Of a DNA stretch of 27,949 nt, positions 18,367-27,949 are shown in pieces. The first letter of the stretch is position 1, and every line of letters begins with the position of its first letter. The DNA lies in contig JAOAPW010000501.1 in assembly GCA_025463105.1 (NCBI GenBank), forward strand, positions 1 through 27,949, read 5' to 3'. Both the position numbers and the translations under genes were made by a program. Under the pieces are notes generated by a model. The model was not told where the DNA came from, did not search any database, and saw only the letters and a program-made list of their open reading frames with translations. Source of the DNA: Candidatus Acidiferrum typicum. Its GTDB lineage: Bacteria; Acidobacteriota; Terriglobia; Acidiferrales; UBA7541.

Positions 18367-19157
18367 TGCTTGCGTGATCTCAATTTCGACCCGCGACACC
18401 ACGTCATTGGAGTGTTTTCGCCGGTTAAGTCTTCGATCGCGCTACCCGCCGCATCAATCGATTTGCGAACCGCAGCAAGATCCAGCGAGGCGCCGCGCCA
18501 GCTCTTTCCGGCCATCTCAGGGGACAGCCCCAACAGGCTCGCGACTCCACGGCTGACTCCTCGAAATCCGAGTGTCCAGGGAAAATCGACGATTTCCCAT
18601 GCCATCCGGCCCTTCCAGTTCATCGTCATCGCGGATACAGAGTTAAATTGAAACAGAAACACGCCGCCGACCTTGAGAACACGAAGCATCTCTTGGATAT
18701 ACCGGAGAGCAAATTCGGGTGCAGGCATATGCTGTAGAACAATGTAGCTGAAAGCGAAATCAACAAATTCATTATCCAGGCCTGATAGATCGATTCCATT
18801 ACCAAGCATCCAATTAACATTCGAAGCGGACTCAGACAAGACTCGTGCGTGACGCAACATTTCCGGGGAGATATCAATGGCGTACACGTGCGAAAATCTG
18901 TTCGCGAAGCTTCGTGTCATCCGGCCGGCGCCGCATCCCAGTTCCAACATGGTTCTGCCTTGGGGCTCCCAGCCGCACTGGTTGAACACCGGTGCAACAA
19001 GCCGTTGAAAATCCTCTTCGCCCGATTGGAAAAATGTTTCTAGATTCCAATCCTTCCGCCAGGACGCAATATAATGGAACGCGTCCTTGCGCGCCCTTTC
19101 ATCCCAATCCAGCCGCATTAAATCGGTTGTTTTCATGCCCACTGGGCCCCCTCGCAT
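18363..19157 (-). CDS. Class I SAM-dependent methyltransferase
   Basis: MLELGCGAGRMT, YAIDISPEML, FAFSYIVLQH, LKVGGVFLFQ; alternative start ATG 19136. Confidence 0.9.
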   Translation of the reverse strand: MRGGPVGMKTTDLMRLDWDERARKDAFHYIASWRKDWNLETFFQSGEEDFQRLVAPVFNQCGWEPQGRTMLELGCGAGRMTRSFANRFSHVYAIDISPEMLRHARVLSESASNVNWMLGNGIDLSGLDNEFVDFAFSYIVLQHMPAPEFALRYIQEMLRVLKVGGVFLFQFNSVSAMTMNWKGRMAWEIVDFPWTLGFRGVSRGVASLLGLSPEMAGKSWRGASLDLAAVRKSIDAAGSAIEDLTGENTPMTWCRGSKLRSRKQ

Positions 19158-19160
19158 CGA

Positions 19161-20072
19161 TTACTCAGGCCGACCAAATCCCGCCTGTGCTAGCCGCTCC
19201 AGGGCGCCTTTTTTCCGTTTACCAGGCAGGCAAAGAACTTCACTGAATTCGCCATGTTTGGCCAGATCCCACCGTTCCAAATGACGAAACGACAGCTGAT
19301 ACACGCTATAGCCTCGAGTTGATAGAAACTCCATCACATCCCAGGCTGAAAATCCTGCTTGTTGCAGCACAATTGCATTAATCTCAAGAATTAGAAAAGG
19401 CTGAAACCGGTCAATCGAATTCTCCGCTCCTCGCAGCACAGCGGGTTCCGAACCCTCAGCATCCAGTTTCATCGCATTGAACCGCGTAATACCTGCGTCG
19501 CGGAACCAGTCGTCGAGCGAGATAGCCCGCACATCCACGCGCTCGCCCGTCCCGAGATCACGTACGTTGGCAACGGTTCCCCATCCGGATTCGTCCTTGT
19601 TCGAAGTTCTCTCAAATGTGAGTGTTCCATTACTGTGCCAGACGGCAGCGTGCACCGTCTGCGCCCAAGGAAATTGCTTCAGATTACGCGCGAGCCGCTC
19701 ATACATTGCTGGATCGGCCTCAAATGCCGTAACCTGCCCGCCTGCACCAACACGATGCGCTGCCGCCACAGCGTGGTAACCAATATGCGCCCCAACATCG
19801 CAGTATCCATCGCCGGGTTTCAGCAACACATCGAAACAGTGCCGAACATGTTGCTCGTATACACCAGCCCACATCCGTCTTTGAATTCGGTCGGTTAGGT
19901 CGACCTCAAAACGAATACCCGGCCAGGGTGATGCCACTCCAACCTTGCCATTTATCCAGCTCGTAAATTTTCCCAGGGCATCCACAACCCGTCCCTGTCC
20001 GGGCAGACAGTGACGTCCCCATCGCATATTGCCGAGACCCCTGGCGGCAGCTTCTGAGAGGGTAGCGCTCAT
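19161..20072 (-). CDS. FkbM family methyltransferase
   Basis: CDVGAHIGY, AFEADP, MKLDAEGSE..VLRGA, LILEI. Confidence 0.92.
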   Translation of the reverse strand: MSATLSEAAARGLGNMRWGRHCLPGQGRVVDALGKFTSWINGKVGVASPWPGIRFEVDLTDRIQRRMWAGVYEQHVRHCFDVLLKPGDGYCDVGAHIGYHAVAAAHRVGAGGQVTAFEADPAMYERLARNLKQFPWAQTVHAAVWHSNGTLTFERTSNKDESGWGTVANVRDLGTGERVDVRAISLDDWFRDAGITRFNAMKLDAEGSEPAVLRGAENSIDRFQPFLILEINAIVLQQAGFSAWDVMEFLSTRGYSVYQLSFRHLERWDLAKHGEFSEVLCLPGKRKKGALERLAQAGFGRPE

Positions 20073-21133
20073 CCCGCGGCCTTTCGCACTACGAGCGACT
20101 TTGTGGGCACGGCTCGGGCTATCACGCGCCGAATTCGATGGAGGCCACTGTCCGTATAGCTAGTCTTCATTCGATAAAATACGCGCGGAGGCATGATCAG
20201 GGCTACGCCAAGCACCATCGCCTGAAAGATGCGGTATCCGAGCGAACATCTGTCGAACCTTAGATTCCAGGCCTGCTGTTCCACGCGGAATGTCTCCCAC
20301 GGGCAGCCGCCACGCACGCTAAGGCGGAGCCGTTCGGCCTCAACCCTACGATTCTCGAGGAGGGCATCTATGATCTCCAGGGAGATTCCGAAATCCTCTA
20401 AGCGATCCGCTAGTTGACTTATCAGGCATCCTAGCGCGTCTGATTTCCGTTTCGCCTTTCCAAGATCGAACGTCCCATATTGATAAAGGTTACCTGGGTG
20501 GAGGCGATAATTGGTCAAAGGCTTTTCAATCACCAGCGCCCCCGACAATGCAACAGCAAGTGTGGCGAGGTATTCATCTGCTTCAATGACGATGCCTTCA
20601 GGAACCGGGAGGATTTTGTCCAGCACGGACTTGCGGATTGCCAAGCGACTGGTTCCCATGTAGGCCATCAATTCACGGAACCAAATCCCTTCTTCCGCTG
20701 TGCGGAAGAAGCATCGATACACGCGGTCCGGAGTATTGACGAAAAGCTTCTCTCCTTCCGCGTTCACCTCGAAAAGACCATTTCCTACGGCGCCGATTTC
20801 CGGATTTGCTTCAAACTCTGGCAAGACGGAGCGCAGCTTGTCTCTCTCCCACCAGTCGTCGCCATCCAGAAACGCGATGATCTCGCCGCGGCACTCGGGG
20901 ATACCTGCGTTAAATGCCGATGCCTGACCTCCGTTTTTCTTACACAGTACGCGCACGTGTGGTTCAAAACCACGAATGATTTCCGGCGTGCGATCGGTTG
21001 AGCCATCATCCACGACAATAATCTCCACGTCCGCGATGGACATATCCTGTTCAAGCACGCTGTTGATAGCCTGCGCGATAAACTGTTCATGGTTGTACGT
21101 GTCGATTAAGACGCTTAGGCGCGGCTTCGGCAT
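20069..21133 (-). CDS. Glycosyltransferase family 2
   Basis: SVLIDTYN, EIIVVDDGSTD, KNGGQASAFNAG, IAFLDGDDWW, YRLHPGN; start reassigned to ATG 21133 (MPKPRLSV). Confidence 0.92.
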   Translation of the reverse strand: MPKPRLSVLIDTYNHEQFIAQAINSVLEQDMSIADVEIIVVDDGSTDRTPEIIRGFEPHVRVLCKKNGGQASAFNAGIPECRGEIIAFLDGDDWWERDKLRSVLPEFEANPEIGAVGNGLFEVNAEGEKLFVNTPDRVYRCFFRTAEEGIWFRELMAYMGTSRLAIRKSVLDKILPVPEGIVIEADEYLATLAVALSGALVIEKPLTNYRLHPGNLYQYGTFDLGKAKRKSDALGCLISQLADRLEDFGISLEIIDALLENRRVEAERLRLSVRGGCPWETFRVEQQAWNLRFDRCSLGYRIFQAMVLGVALIMPPRVFYRMKTSYTDSGLHRIRRVIARAVPTKSLVVRKAAG

Positions 21134-21207
21134 GATCTTACCATTCCTCCCTAAACGATTCAGGGCTCCGGCCATATCGACCGCGCCAGGCGTTTCTGCG
21201 AAGCACC

Positions 21208-22122
21208 TTACTTGGTTCCTGTAGATGCTTCCGGTCTGGTGCGCTGCCTCAGTCCTAGCCGACGGCGTAAGGGTCGCGTCAGGCCCAGCAGCCCGAACCA
21301 TACAGAGTTGCGAGCGCCTATGGCCTTACGCTTCGCCTGTACGATCCAATGATAATAGTTCGGACGCAGACCATTCGGCGTAAGTCGATGCGTCGCGTTG
21401 TCAATCGTGGCAAAGTGCCCCTTGCCCAGGAGGGCTTGGTTCTGTCGTGCTTCGACATCCTGCCAAAGACCTTTTTGCCCGCCCGGGTGATGTGAGTAGT
21501 CGTGGTTTTGATGAATTGCGAGCACAACTTGCGTCACATCCACTACTGGCACGCCAACCGAACGGACCTTCCAGAGGAGCCAGTTGTCATATCCCGGCCT
21601 ACCGACGGCAAAAGGGGGCACCTGCCGGTACAGCAGGTGCCTCGGAAATAGGAAATAATCAATCCATTGCGGCGGCCGAAGCCTGCCGCACTCGCGGGCC
21701 ATAAAACGGAGGCGTTGACCCCAGTCGGGCTCAGAAAAATCCCATGGCTGGGTAATATCCACATCGCAGCGGCGGCCGACCATCAGGGAACGCTCATGAA
21801 TTTGGGCCAATCTTGTGGAGGCAGCGAGAAAGTCATCGGTGAGCAAAATGTCTGCATTGAGGAAGCATAGCCGGTCGCGCCGGGCCAGACGGTCGGCGCG
21901 ATCAAACAAGCTCGAGAGCAATGGTGTTCCCAGTGAGTTCCGATCAACCTCTGGTTCGTGACGTGCTCCAACCGCAAATGCGACTTCTGCGGCCCCGTCT
22001 TCGTTGCCAAATAAGATGACTTCTGCGTCTGGATGCACGAGTTTCCAACTGTGGATGGCATTGCGCTGAATAATGCCAATGTGCCCACGAAACGGTTTGG
22101 GTGTAGAAAAAAAGGTAATCAT
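21208..22122 (-). CDS. Putative GT-A-fold glycosyltransferase, unclassified
   Basis: FLNADILL (DxD-like), MVGRRCD, IDYFLFPR, FAVGRPGYDNWL, AIHQNHDYSH; operon context. Confidence 0.7.
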   Translation of the reverse strand: MITFFSTPKPFRGHIGIIQRNAIHSWKLVHPDAEVILFGNEDGAAEVAFAVGARHEPEVDRNSLGTPLLSSLFDRADRLARRDRLCFLNADILLTDDFLAASTRLAQIHERSLMVGRRCDVDITQPWDFSEPDWGQRLRFMARECGRLRPPQWIDYFLFPRHLLYRQVPPFAVGRPGYDNWLLWKVRSVGVPVVDVTQVVLAIHQNHDYSHHPGGQKGLWQDVEARQNQALLGKGHFATIDNATHRLTPNGLRPNYYHWIVQAKRKAIGARNSVWFGLLGLTRPLRRRLGLRQRTRPEASTGTK

Positions 22123-22152
22123 CGTCGTTTTCTGCTAACGCTTCCCAATCGA

Positions 22153-23169
22153 TCAGATCCTTTCTAGCCAGATAGAAGAATATGTGTCGGTCCCAGTTCC
22201 CTTCCGCTGGTCATACCCCGGAACACTCTGGCGAAGGAATTCTTCATCTTTAAACCGGATTAGAGGGAGCGAGAGCCGGATCTGGAACTCGGAATTGTGA
22301 CAGAGAAATGCCTGAAGCAGCATCGCTTCAGTCCAAAAAACCGGCCAGTCACGTTCGAAGACCCAGGTCTCAGGCGGGAACGGAGTGTTATAGGGAAACG
22401 GGACATCGTGGATATGGACGATAACACCCTTGTTAAGCCGCGGCAGGATCTCGAGATAGAGATAGGACACGTCGCCATCTATCTTCAATGCGTGGGTCGA
22501 GTCGATGAACAACACATCGCCCGCGCCCAATGCTTCAAATAGGGAGCAATCAACCGCCTGCACATCCTTTTCGATGAGGTTGATTCGGGCAAGCGACCGC
22601 AACTTGTCGTACGGGAAGGGCTCGATACAAGTGATTTCCATGGGCCGGCCTTCTACTTCATTCTGCCGGGCGACGCGGTACGCGTAGTATGTCGAGAGTC
22701 CTGCGCCGATCTCAAGATAGTGGCGTGGGCGGTGATGTCGGAGCAAAAAATAAAGTGTCATTGCGTCCAACGGGGTATACCCCTCACCATAGCTCTCCCT
22801 CTTGAGCTCCGCATAGCAGGGTAGGGACTCGAATTCAGCCAGGAACTGCGCGGCCACGCAGTTCCAGAGACCCCTCATTTGATCCAAATCGATTTTCAAA
22901 CCGGGTAGCTCGCTCGGTCTCGACCAGCGACGCCGATTCTGTTGGAGGCGGCGGAGGTCTGGCAGTGGCGAGTAATAGTCGGCGGCAAGCGTGACGTTCA
23001 AACCGTAGGCATTCAACTCCCAAGCGTTGAAATAGGAACTGATCCAGCCATGTTTCAAGGCGGAGTGCCGGAGGGCAGCGCGGACAACGGCACGCTTCGC
23101 GGTGCTGATACTCATCCAAATGGTTCGTGGGACGATCCCACGCAGAGTTGCCTTAAACCCTCGTTGCAC
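22153..23169 (-). CDS. Class I SAM-dependent methyltransferase (Methyltransf_24-like)
   Basis: YLEIGAGLST, ITCIEPFP, DVLFIDSTH, VHIHDVPFPY; GTG 23169 lies 7 nt after AAGGAG. Confidence 0.88.
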   Translation of the reverse strand: MQRGFKATLRGIVPRTIWMSISTAKRAVVRAALRHSALKHGWISSYFNAWELNAYGLNVTLAADYYSPLPDLRRLQQNRRRWSRPSELPGLKIDLDQMRGLWNCVAAQFLAEFESLPCYAELKRESYGEGYTPLDAMTLYFLLRHHRPRHYLEIGAGLSTYYAYRVARQNEVEGRPMEITCIEPFPYDKLRSLARINLIEKDVQAVDCSLFEALGAGDVLFIDSTHALKIDGDVSYLYLEILPRLNKGVIVHIHDVPFPYNTPFPPETWVFERDWPVFWTEAMLLQAFLCHNSEFQIRLSLPLIRFKDEEFLRQSVPGYDQRKGTGTDTYSSIWLERI

Positions 23170-23368
23170 GAGCACGCTCCTTGTAGCTCATAATTTCTGG
23201 ACCTCCCAGTGGACGGAGTGTCAGGGAGATCGCAGAGGGGCAGATGTCACGGCGCGAAAGAGCAGAGATCACTCCGCACGAATTCGTGCTGGCAGTCAAA
23301 AAAAAGTCCGGAGACGGAGCAACGTACTGTCTCAGCGTGGCAGAGATGATAAGCATTCTCAATTGCGG

Positions 23369-24442
23369 TCAGATCGCCTTCACTCTCTGGGTTTGCTCGC
23401 GTTCGGCGACAACCATTTCATTCAGGATGGTATCCAGGCTGCGCGTCACGCTCCAGTCAGGATAGTGGCTCTTCAGTTTCGCCAGATTCGAGATGTAACA
23501 GATGTGGTCGCCTTTGCGCGCTTGTTCCGAATAGGTCCAGTTAATTTTTCGGCCCGTCAGCGGTTCGATTCGCGCAATTGCTTCCAGCATCGAGACGCTA
23601 TTATCGCGGCCTCCGCCGAGGTTGTAAACCTCGCCTGGCCTTGGATTGCGAGCAAACTCCTCAAACGCTCGCACCACATCAAAACTGTGAATATTGTCGC
23701 GGACCTGTTTGCCCTTGTACCCATGCACGGTATAGGGGCGGCCCGATAGAGCTACCTTCATCAGGTAAGAAAGAAAACCGTGCATCTCGACGCCCGAGTG
23801 CGACGGCCCGGTCAGGCATCCGCCGCGGAATATTCCCACAGCCATGCCAAAGTAGCGGCCGTATTCCTGCGCGTAAATGTCGGCGGCTACTTTCGAGGCT
23901 CCGAACAAGGAGTGCAGCGTGCGATCGATGCGGCAATTCTCATCGATTCCGTCGAAATCGGCTGGATCAGCGTAGTCGTAGCGCGTTTCGGTTTCGTGCA
24001 AAGGCTTTTCATTAGGCGCATCACCGTAAACTTTATTGGTACTCATGAAGATGAATGCGGCCTCGCGGCAATGCTGACGAGCGGCCTCCAGAAGATTCAA
24101 CGTGCCGAGCGCGTTCACCTCGAAATCAAGCAAGGCGATGTCGGCTGCTTTGTCATGCGACGGCTGCGCCGCGCAATGAATGATCAGGTCAAAACGATGC
24201 TCGCGAAACAACCGCATGACGCCTTCGCGATCGCGAATATCGAGCGCGGTCGGCGTGAACCTTTTCGTGATTCCCTTTAGCCGCTCAAGATTCCACAGCG
24301 TGTCTCCCGGCGGGCCGAAAAAATCGCGGCGCATGTTATTGTCCGCGCCGACGACGCGATGGCCTTGCCGGTCGAAATATTCGACCGCTTCGGACCCGAT
24401 CAGGCCGCTGCTTCCGGTCACGAGGATGTTCCAGGACTTCAC
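23369..24442 (-). CDS. NAD-dependent epimerase/dehydratase (extended SDR, CDP-tyvelose/paratose 2-epimerase-like subfamily)
   Basis: VTGSSGLIGS, IHCAAQPSHD, STNKVYGD, HSLFGASK, GKQVRDNIH; GTG start overlaps the upstream TGA (GTGA). Confidence 0.9.
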   Translation of the reverse strand: MKSWNILVTGSSGLIGSEAVEYFDRQGHRVVGADNNMRRDFFGPPGDTLWNLERLKGITKRFTPTALDIRDREGVMRLFREHRFDLIIHCAAQPSHDKAADIALLDFEVNALGTLNLLEAARQHCREAAFIFMSTNKVYGDAPNEKPLHETETRYDYADPADFDGIDENCRIDRTLHSLFGASKVAADIYAQEYGRYFGMAVGIFRGGCLTGPSHSGVEMHGFLSYLMKVALSGRPYTVHGYKGKQVRDNIHSFDVVRAFEEFARNPRPGEVYNLGGGRDNSVSMLEAIARIEPLTGRKINWTYSEQARKGDHICYISNLAKLKSHYPDWSVTRSLDTILNEMVVAEREQTQRVKAI

Positions 24443-25794
24443 TGCGCCGCGCCTCCCAGGACCGATTCTTCCCGCACAATGCCAGTGCCCAGGCTGAGAT
24501 AACGAATCCCCTTGGCGGATTCCAGATGCTTCAGCGCTCGCCAGCAGTCGATGACCACTCGCGGCGAGGAGTTTCGCGCCCAACGCTCGCCGGGAATTGC
24601 CAAAAATTCGGCCCAGGGAGTGGCCAGGACAATGACGCCGCTTTGTGCTATGCACTCTTCGGCAGACGCCGCAAGATGAACCTTATCGCCGAGAGTGCGG
24701 GAGGCGTGCGCGCGGCCCTCAGGATCAAACGCGATAGTGCGCACATTGCGCTTGGCTAATTCTTGTGCCAGGAGCAGGCCCGCGGCCTGTTCCGTCACGT
24801 CCGTGTTGGGTTTGTACGTCAGGCCGAGAATTCCGGCAGCTTCGCCGGCGCCCAGATGTTGCTGCACCGTATCCGCAAGGCGATGAATCTGCGCGCGATT
24901 AAACTCATGCGTCGCTCGAGGAAGATCAGAGGACGCGCCCACGCGATCCGCAAGAGCAATCAGCGCAACATTGTCGCGCGGAAAGCACGGACCGCCATAA
25001 CTGATCGCGCCCTTCAGATACTTCCCTCCGATGCGCGAATCCAGTCCAATCGCCCCTGTAACCACGTCCACATTCGCTCCAGGAACTTTCTCACACAATC
25101 CGGCCAACATGTTCGCAAAGCTGATTTTCGTAGTGACGTAAGTATTCACCGCGAGTTTGGCGATTTCCGCATTGACCAGATTCATGCGCGCCACGGGAGG
25201 CCGGTTCTCGCACACGCTTTGATACAAGGATTCCAGCAGCGCGCCCGCGCGCGCATCGGATTCTCCGATCAGGAGAAAATCGGGGTTGAGGAAATCACGG
25301 ATCACGCTTCCGAGCGCGATAAATTCCGGGCTGTAACACAAGCCGAAATCTTTTCCCGCTCGTTTGTGACTGATTTTCTCGAGCGTGTCGCGCACATCGC
25401 CACCGGTGGATCCGGGCATCACCGTGCTGGTCAGCGCCACGAGGTGGTAGTCGCGCTTGGAAGCCAGCGCGCGACCGATGGCTTCGCAGACGGGCAAGAC
25501 GTAACGCAGCGAAAAACTACCGTCAGCGTCCGCAGGCGTGGCCACAACGATAAATGTAATATCCGAGTCTCGTATGGCGTCTTCAATGCTGTGCGTGGCC
25601 GTGAGCCGGCCCTGGGCCAAAATCAGAGTCTCCGCAAGACGCGGCTCAAAAATGGGAGGCACGCCGCGCGCGATCGCATCTACTTTCGCGCTGTCAGAGT
25701 CCACTCCAATGGCGAGCACTCCGCGCGCGGCCATTGCCGCGACCATCGGCGCCCCCAGCTTTCCCAGACCGATAACACTCACGCTTGTGGGCAT
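24439..25794 (-). CDS. UDP-glucose/GDP-mannose dehydrogenase family protein
   Basis: VIGLGKLG, STVMPGST, SPEFIALG, AEIAKLAVN, YGGPCFPRD, GLTYKPNTD; AGGAG before ATG 25794. Confidence 0.93.
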   Translation of the reverse strand: MPTSVSVIGLGKLGAPMVAAMAARGVLAIGVDSDSAKVDAIARGVPPIFEPRLAETLILAQGRLTATHSIEDAIRDSDITFIVVATPADADGSFSLRYVLPVCEAIGRALASKRDYHLVALTSTVMPGSTGGDVRDTLEKISHKRAGKDFGLCYSPEFIALGSVIRDFLNPDFLLIGESDARAGALLESLYQSVCENRPPVARMNLVNAEIAKLAVNTYVTTKISFANMLAGLCEKVPGANVDVVTGAIGLDSRIGGKYLKGAISYGGPCFPRDNVALIALADRVGASSDLPRATHEFNRAQIHRLADTVQQHLGAGEAAGILGLTYKPNTDVTEQAAGLLLAQELAKRNVRTIAFDPEGRAHASRTLGDKVHLAASAEECIAQSGVIVLATPWAEFLAIPGERWARNSSPRVVIDCWRALKHLESAKGIRYLSLGTGIVREESVLGGAAQ

Positions 25795-26085
25795 GACTCT
25801 CCTGAATTCCAATTCTCCATCAGACTGCCTCCGTCTTGACACAAAGATGCCAGGCCAGACGCCACACCATCGCATGAGTGGGCGGTGCAGGCATCCACCG
25901 AAAATACCACTGCTTCCCGCATATGCCCATAGTTGCTTTGAACTTCCGTATCAAGCCGCGCACGGTTGAGGCCATGCGAGTATTCATTTGGATTTGACAA
26001 ATAAGCTCGATTTCCAAATTAAAATGTAAAGATCCCTGTAATATCATTCACCGTGCACTTCCGACGAATTCGAGAATCCATAAGT

Positions 26086-27949
26086 TTGTGGCTGGCTCAA
26101 GACGCGGCACCGTCTCCGGTGCTTAAGCCGCTGCCGAAAAAATTCTATCGGCCAGACATCGACGGGCTGAGAGCGCTCGCTGTTTTGCCCGTTATTTTGT
26201 TCCATGCCAATCTGTTCTTCCCAGGCGGATTCGTCGGGGTCGACGTATTTTTTGTTATTTCCGGCTATCTGATAACGCAAATAATCGAGCCAGAGTTAAG
26301 CGCAGACCGTTTCTCGGTGGTTGTCTTTTATCAGCGGAGGATACGGCGAATCTTTCCCGCTCTCTTTGTTATGTTTGCCGTCTCGACGGTTATTGCCTAT
26401 CTTGTTTTGCCACCATTGGACTTGAAGGATTTTGGGAGAACGCTGCTTGCCTCCTCCGCCTTCTACTCCAACATCCTCTTCGCCCGGCGGTCGGGTTATT
26501 TTGCGCCCAACTCTGAATTTGCACCTTTGCTTCATACCTGGACACTGTCTGTCGAAGAGCAATTTTATGTCTGCTGGCCACTGCTTCTCCGGGTTCTGAG
26601 TATCCCAACGGTGTCGAAGTGGAAGGTCCCAGCCTCGCTCTCTGTGTTCCTCGGCGCCCTGATGCTTAGCGCGCACTGGGTGAACACCAAACCGAACGCA
26701 GCATTCTACTTACTGCCGTCCAGGGCATGGGAGCTGGCGCTGGGCGCGCTGCTCTGTTTTCCGCCCTTATCCAGGATCCTGGAACGAATTCCACGGACAG
26801 TCGCTTCGCTTGCCTCGGTCGCTGGAATATTATTTCTAGGCATCGCAGCAATGACGTATGACAGTCTCACTCCGTTCCCCGGATTCGCCGCGCTGCTGCC
26901 GTGTACGGGCGCAGCCCTCATTATCGCTGCGGGAGAAGGAGGACCATCTATCGGTGGGCGCATATTGTCACTGCGCCCTTTGGTTTGGGTAGGTCTGATC
27001 TCCTATTCTTTGTACCTATGGCACTGGCCGATCCTGGTATTTGGCCACCTCCTGGCCAATCGCAATCTGGACGCGATTGAGCGCGGCGGCTTGATCGCCC
27101 TTACATTCATCGCGGCCTGGCTGTCGTGGCGATTTGTCGAGAGCCCGTTCCGCAATGCACAAGTTGCCAGATCCGGAAGCCCGAGCTGGGTGATTGCAGG
27201 TCTTGGGATAAGCGCCGCCTTCGTCGCGGTCGGTGCCATTCTCTTTGTGCACGACGGCTTTCCGGCGCGTGGACCAGACGTCAGCGGCTTCCTAGAAGAC
27301 GTGGCCGCCGAAAAAACGTCACTTGAAGAATCCCCTTGCATGGTCCGAAGGGCATCGCTTCCCGGGGCTGAAGGCTGCCTCCTCGGTGCGCTATCTCCGG
27401 CCTCCCGGTACGAGGTTGTTCTGTGGGGCGATTCCCATGCTGCGCACCTCGCTCCTGCGTTCAACGAGGTCGGCCAACACCTTGGAGTGACGACCCGGGA
27501 AATCACGAAGTCCGGATGTCCTCCGGTTCCCGGTGTAAGATTCTTTCCGGTCTATGAGTCGCGGGTGGAATGTCCGGCTTTTAACGACGCTGCTCTCAGG
27601 ACAGTACTCGGCGACAAACAGGTTCGTGTTGTCGTTCTTGCTGCTCGATGGGATGCCATGGTCAAAGGAGTCGTTGGATCATATGCCGGCAACGCGGCCC
27701 TGCTTACGATGGACGGCACGCGTCCCTCAGTGAGTAACTCGCGCCAACTTTTTGTTGTTAGCTTACGAAAGGTGCTCACCGCGCTGCTAGACAGCGGCCG
27801 TCACGTGATTTTAGTTGGTGAGGTGCCGTTGCCGCTAGCGGCGGACTGTATTACCAGGGCGCGGTTCAACCTTCGGGATGAAAACCTTTGCGAAAAATCT
27901 GAAGGTACCGAGCTCGCTGAGACTGAAGACCTGGTGAACCAGGCGCTAC
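26086..27949 (+). CDS. Acyltransferase-3 plus SGNH-domain O-acetyltransferase (OafA/OatA-like); 3' end outside the window, start approximate
   Basis: Manual translation is open from 26023 to the window end: YRPDIDGLRALAV, GGFVGVDVFFVISGYLIT, RRIRRIFPAL, HTWTLSVEEQFY, GLISYSLYLWHWP, FVESPFR, LWGDSHA. Candidate starts 26053, 26086, 26119. Confidence 0.93.
   Translation, partial: MWLAQDAAPSPVLKPLPKKFYRPDIDGLRALAVLPVILFHANLFFPGGFVGVDVFFVISGYLITQIIEPELSADRFSVVVFYQRRIRRIFPALFVMFAVSTVIAYLVLPPLDLKDFGRTLLASSAFYSNILFARRSGYFAPNSEFAPLLHTWTLSVEEQFYVCWPLLLRVLSIPTVSKWKVPASLSVFLGALMLSAHWVNTKPNAAFYLLPSRAWELALGALLCFPPLSRILERIPRTVASLASVAGILFLGIAAMTYDSLTPFPGFAALLPCTGAALIIAAGEGGPSIGGRILSLRPLVWVGLISYSLYLWHWPILVFGHLLANRNLDAIERGGLIALTFIAAWLSWRFVESPFRNAQVARSGSPSWVIAGLGISAAFVAVGAILFVHDGFPARGPDVSGFLEDVAAEKTSLEESPCMVRRASLPGAEGCLLGALSPASRYEVVLWGDSHAAHLAPAFNEVGQHLGVTTREITKSGCPPVPGVRFFPVYESRVECPAFNDAALRTVLGDKQVRVVVLAARWDAMVKGVVGSYAGNAALLTMDGTRPSVSNSRQLFVVSLRKVLTALLDSGRHVILVGEVPLPLAADCITRARFNLRDENLCEKSEGTELAETEDLVNQAL

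Noticed and set aside
5317-27779. Many 60-360 aa ORFs antisense to or out of frame with the called genes (for example 10213-10860, 17025-17687, 24763-25839)
   Set aside because: Shadow ORFs of GC-rich coding sequence with no motifs
1-27949. CRISPR array, intact tRNA/rRNA, integrase, transposase or IS terminal repeats
   Set aside because: None seen on either strand by eye

Overview
A 28-kb bacterial window, probably from Acidobacteria (inferred from gene types and style, not from a search). It is dominated by a minus-strand surface-polysaccharide locus running from about 25.8 kb down to 6.8 kb: a UDP-sugar dehydrogenase, an atypical SDR epimerase, several glycosyltransferases, four SAM methyltransferases, a NodU/CmcH-type carbamoyltransferase and a Wzy/WaaL-like membrane protein. 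A divergent acyltransferase-3/SGNH O-acetyltransferase runs off the right end and is missed by the ORF track. The locus is interrupted at about 12.8-17.8 kb by a plus-strand mosaic of gene fragments that carries an intact 1013-aa, signal-peptide-bearing, tailspike/beta-helix-like protein. This insert is bracketed by two copies of the carbamoyltransferase 5' end, one decayed (about 18.3 kb) and one intact (12.5 kb). The left 5 kb holds an uncharacterised helical protein translationally coupled to a minimal HNH nuclease, a secreted hypothetical protein, a GT4, a doubly frameshifted FKBP pseudogene and two att/tRNA-like scars. No intact tRNA, rRNA, CRISPR array, integrase or transposase was found. 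Family calls rest on motifs read by eye; no database search was run.
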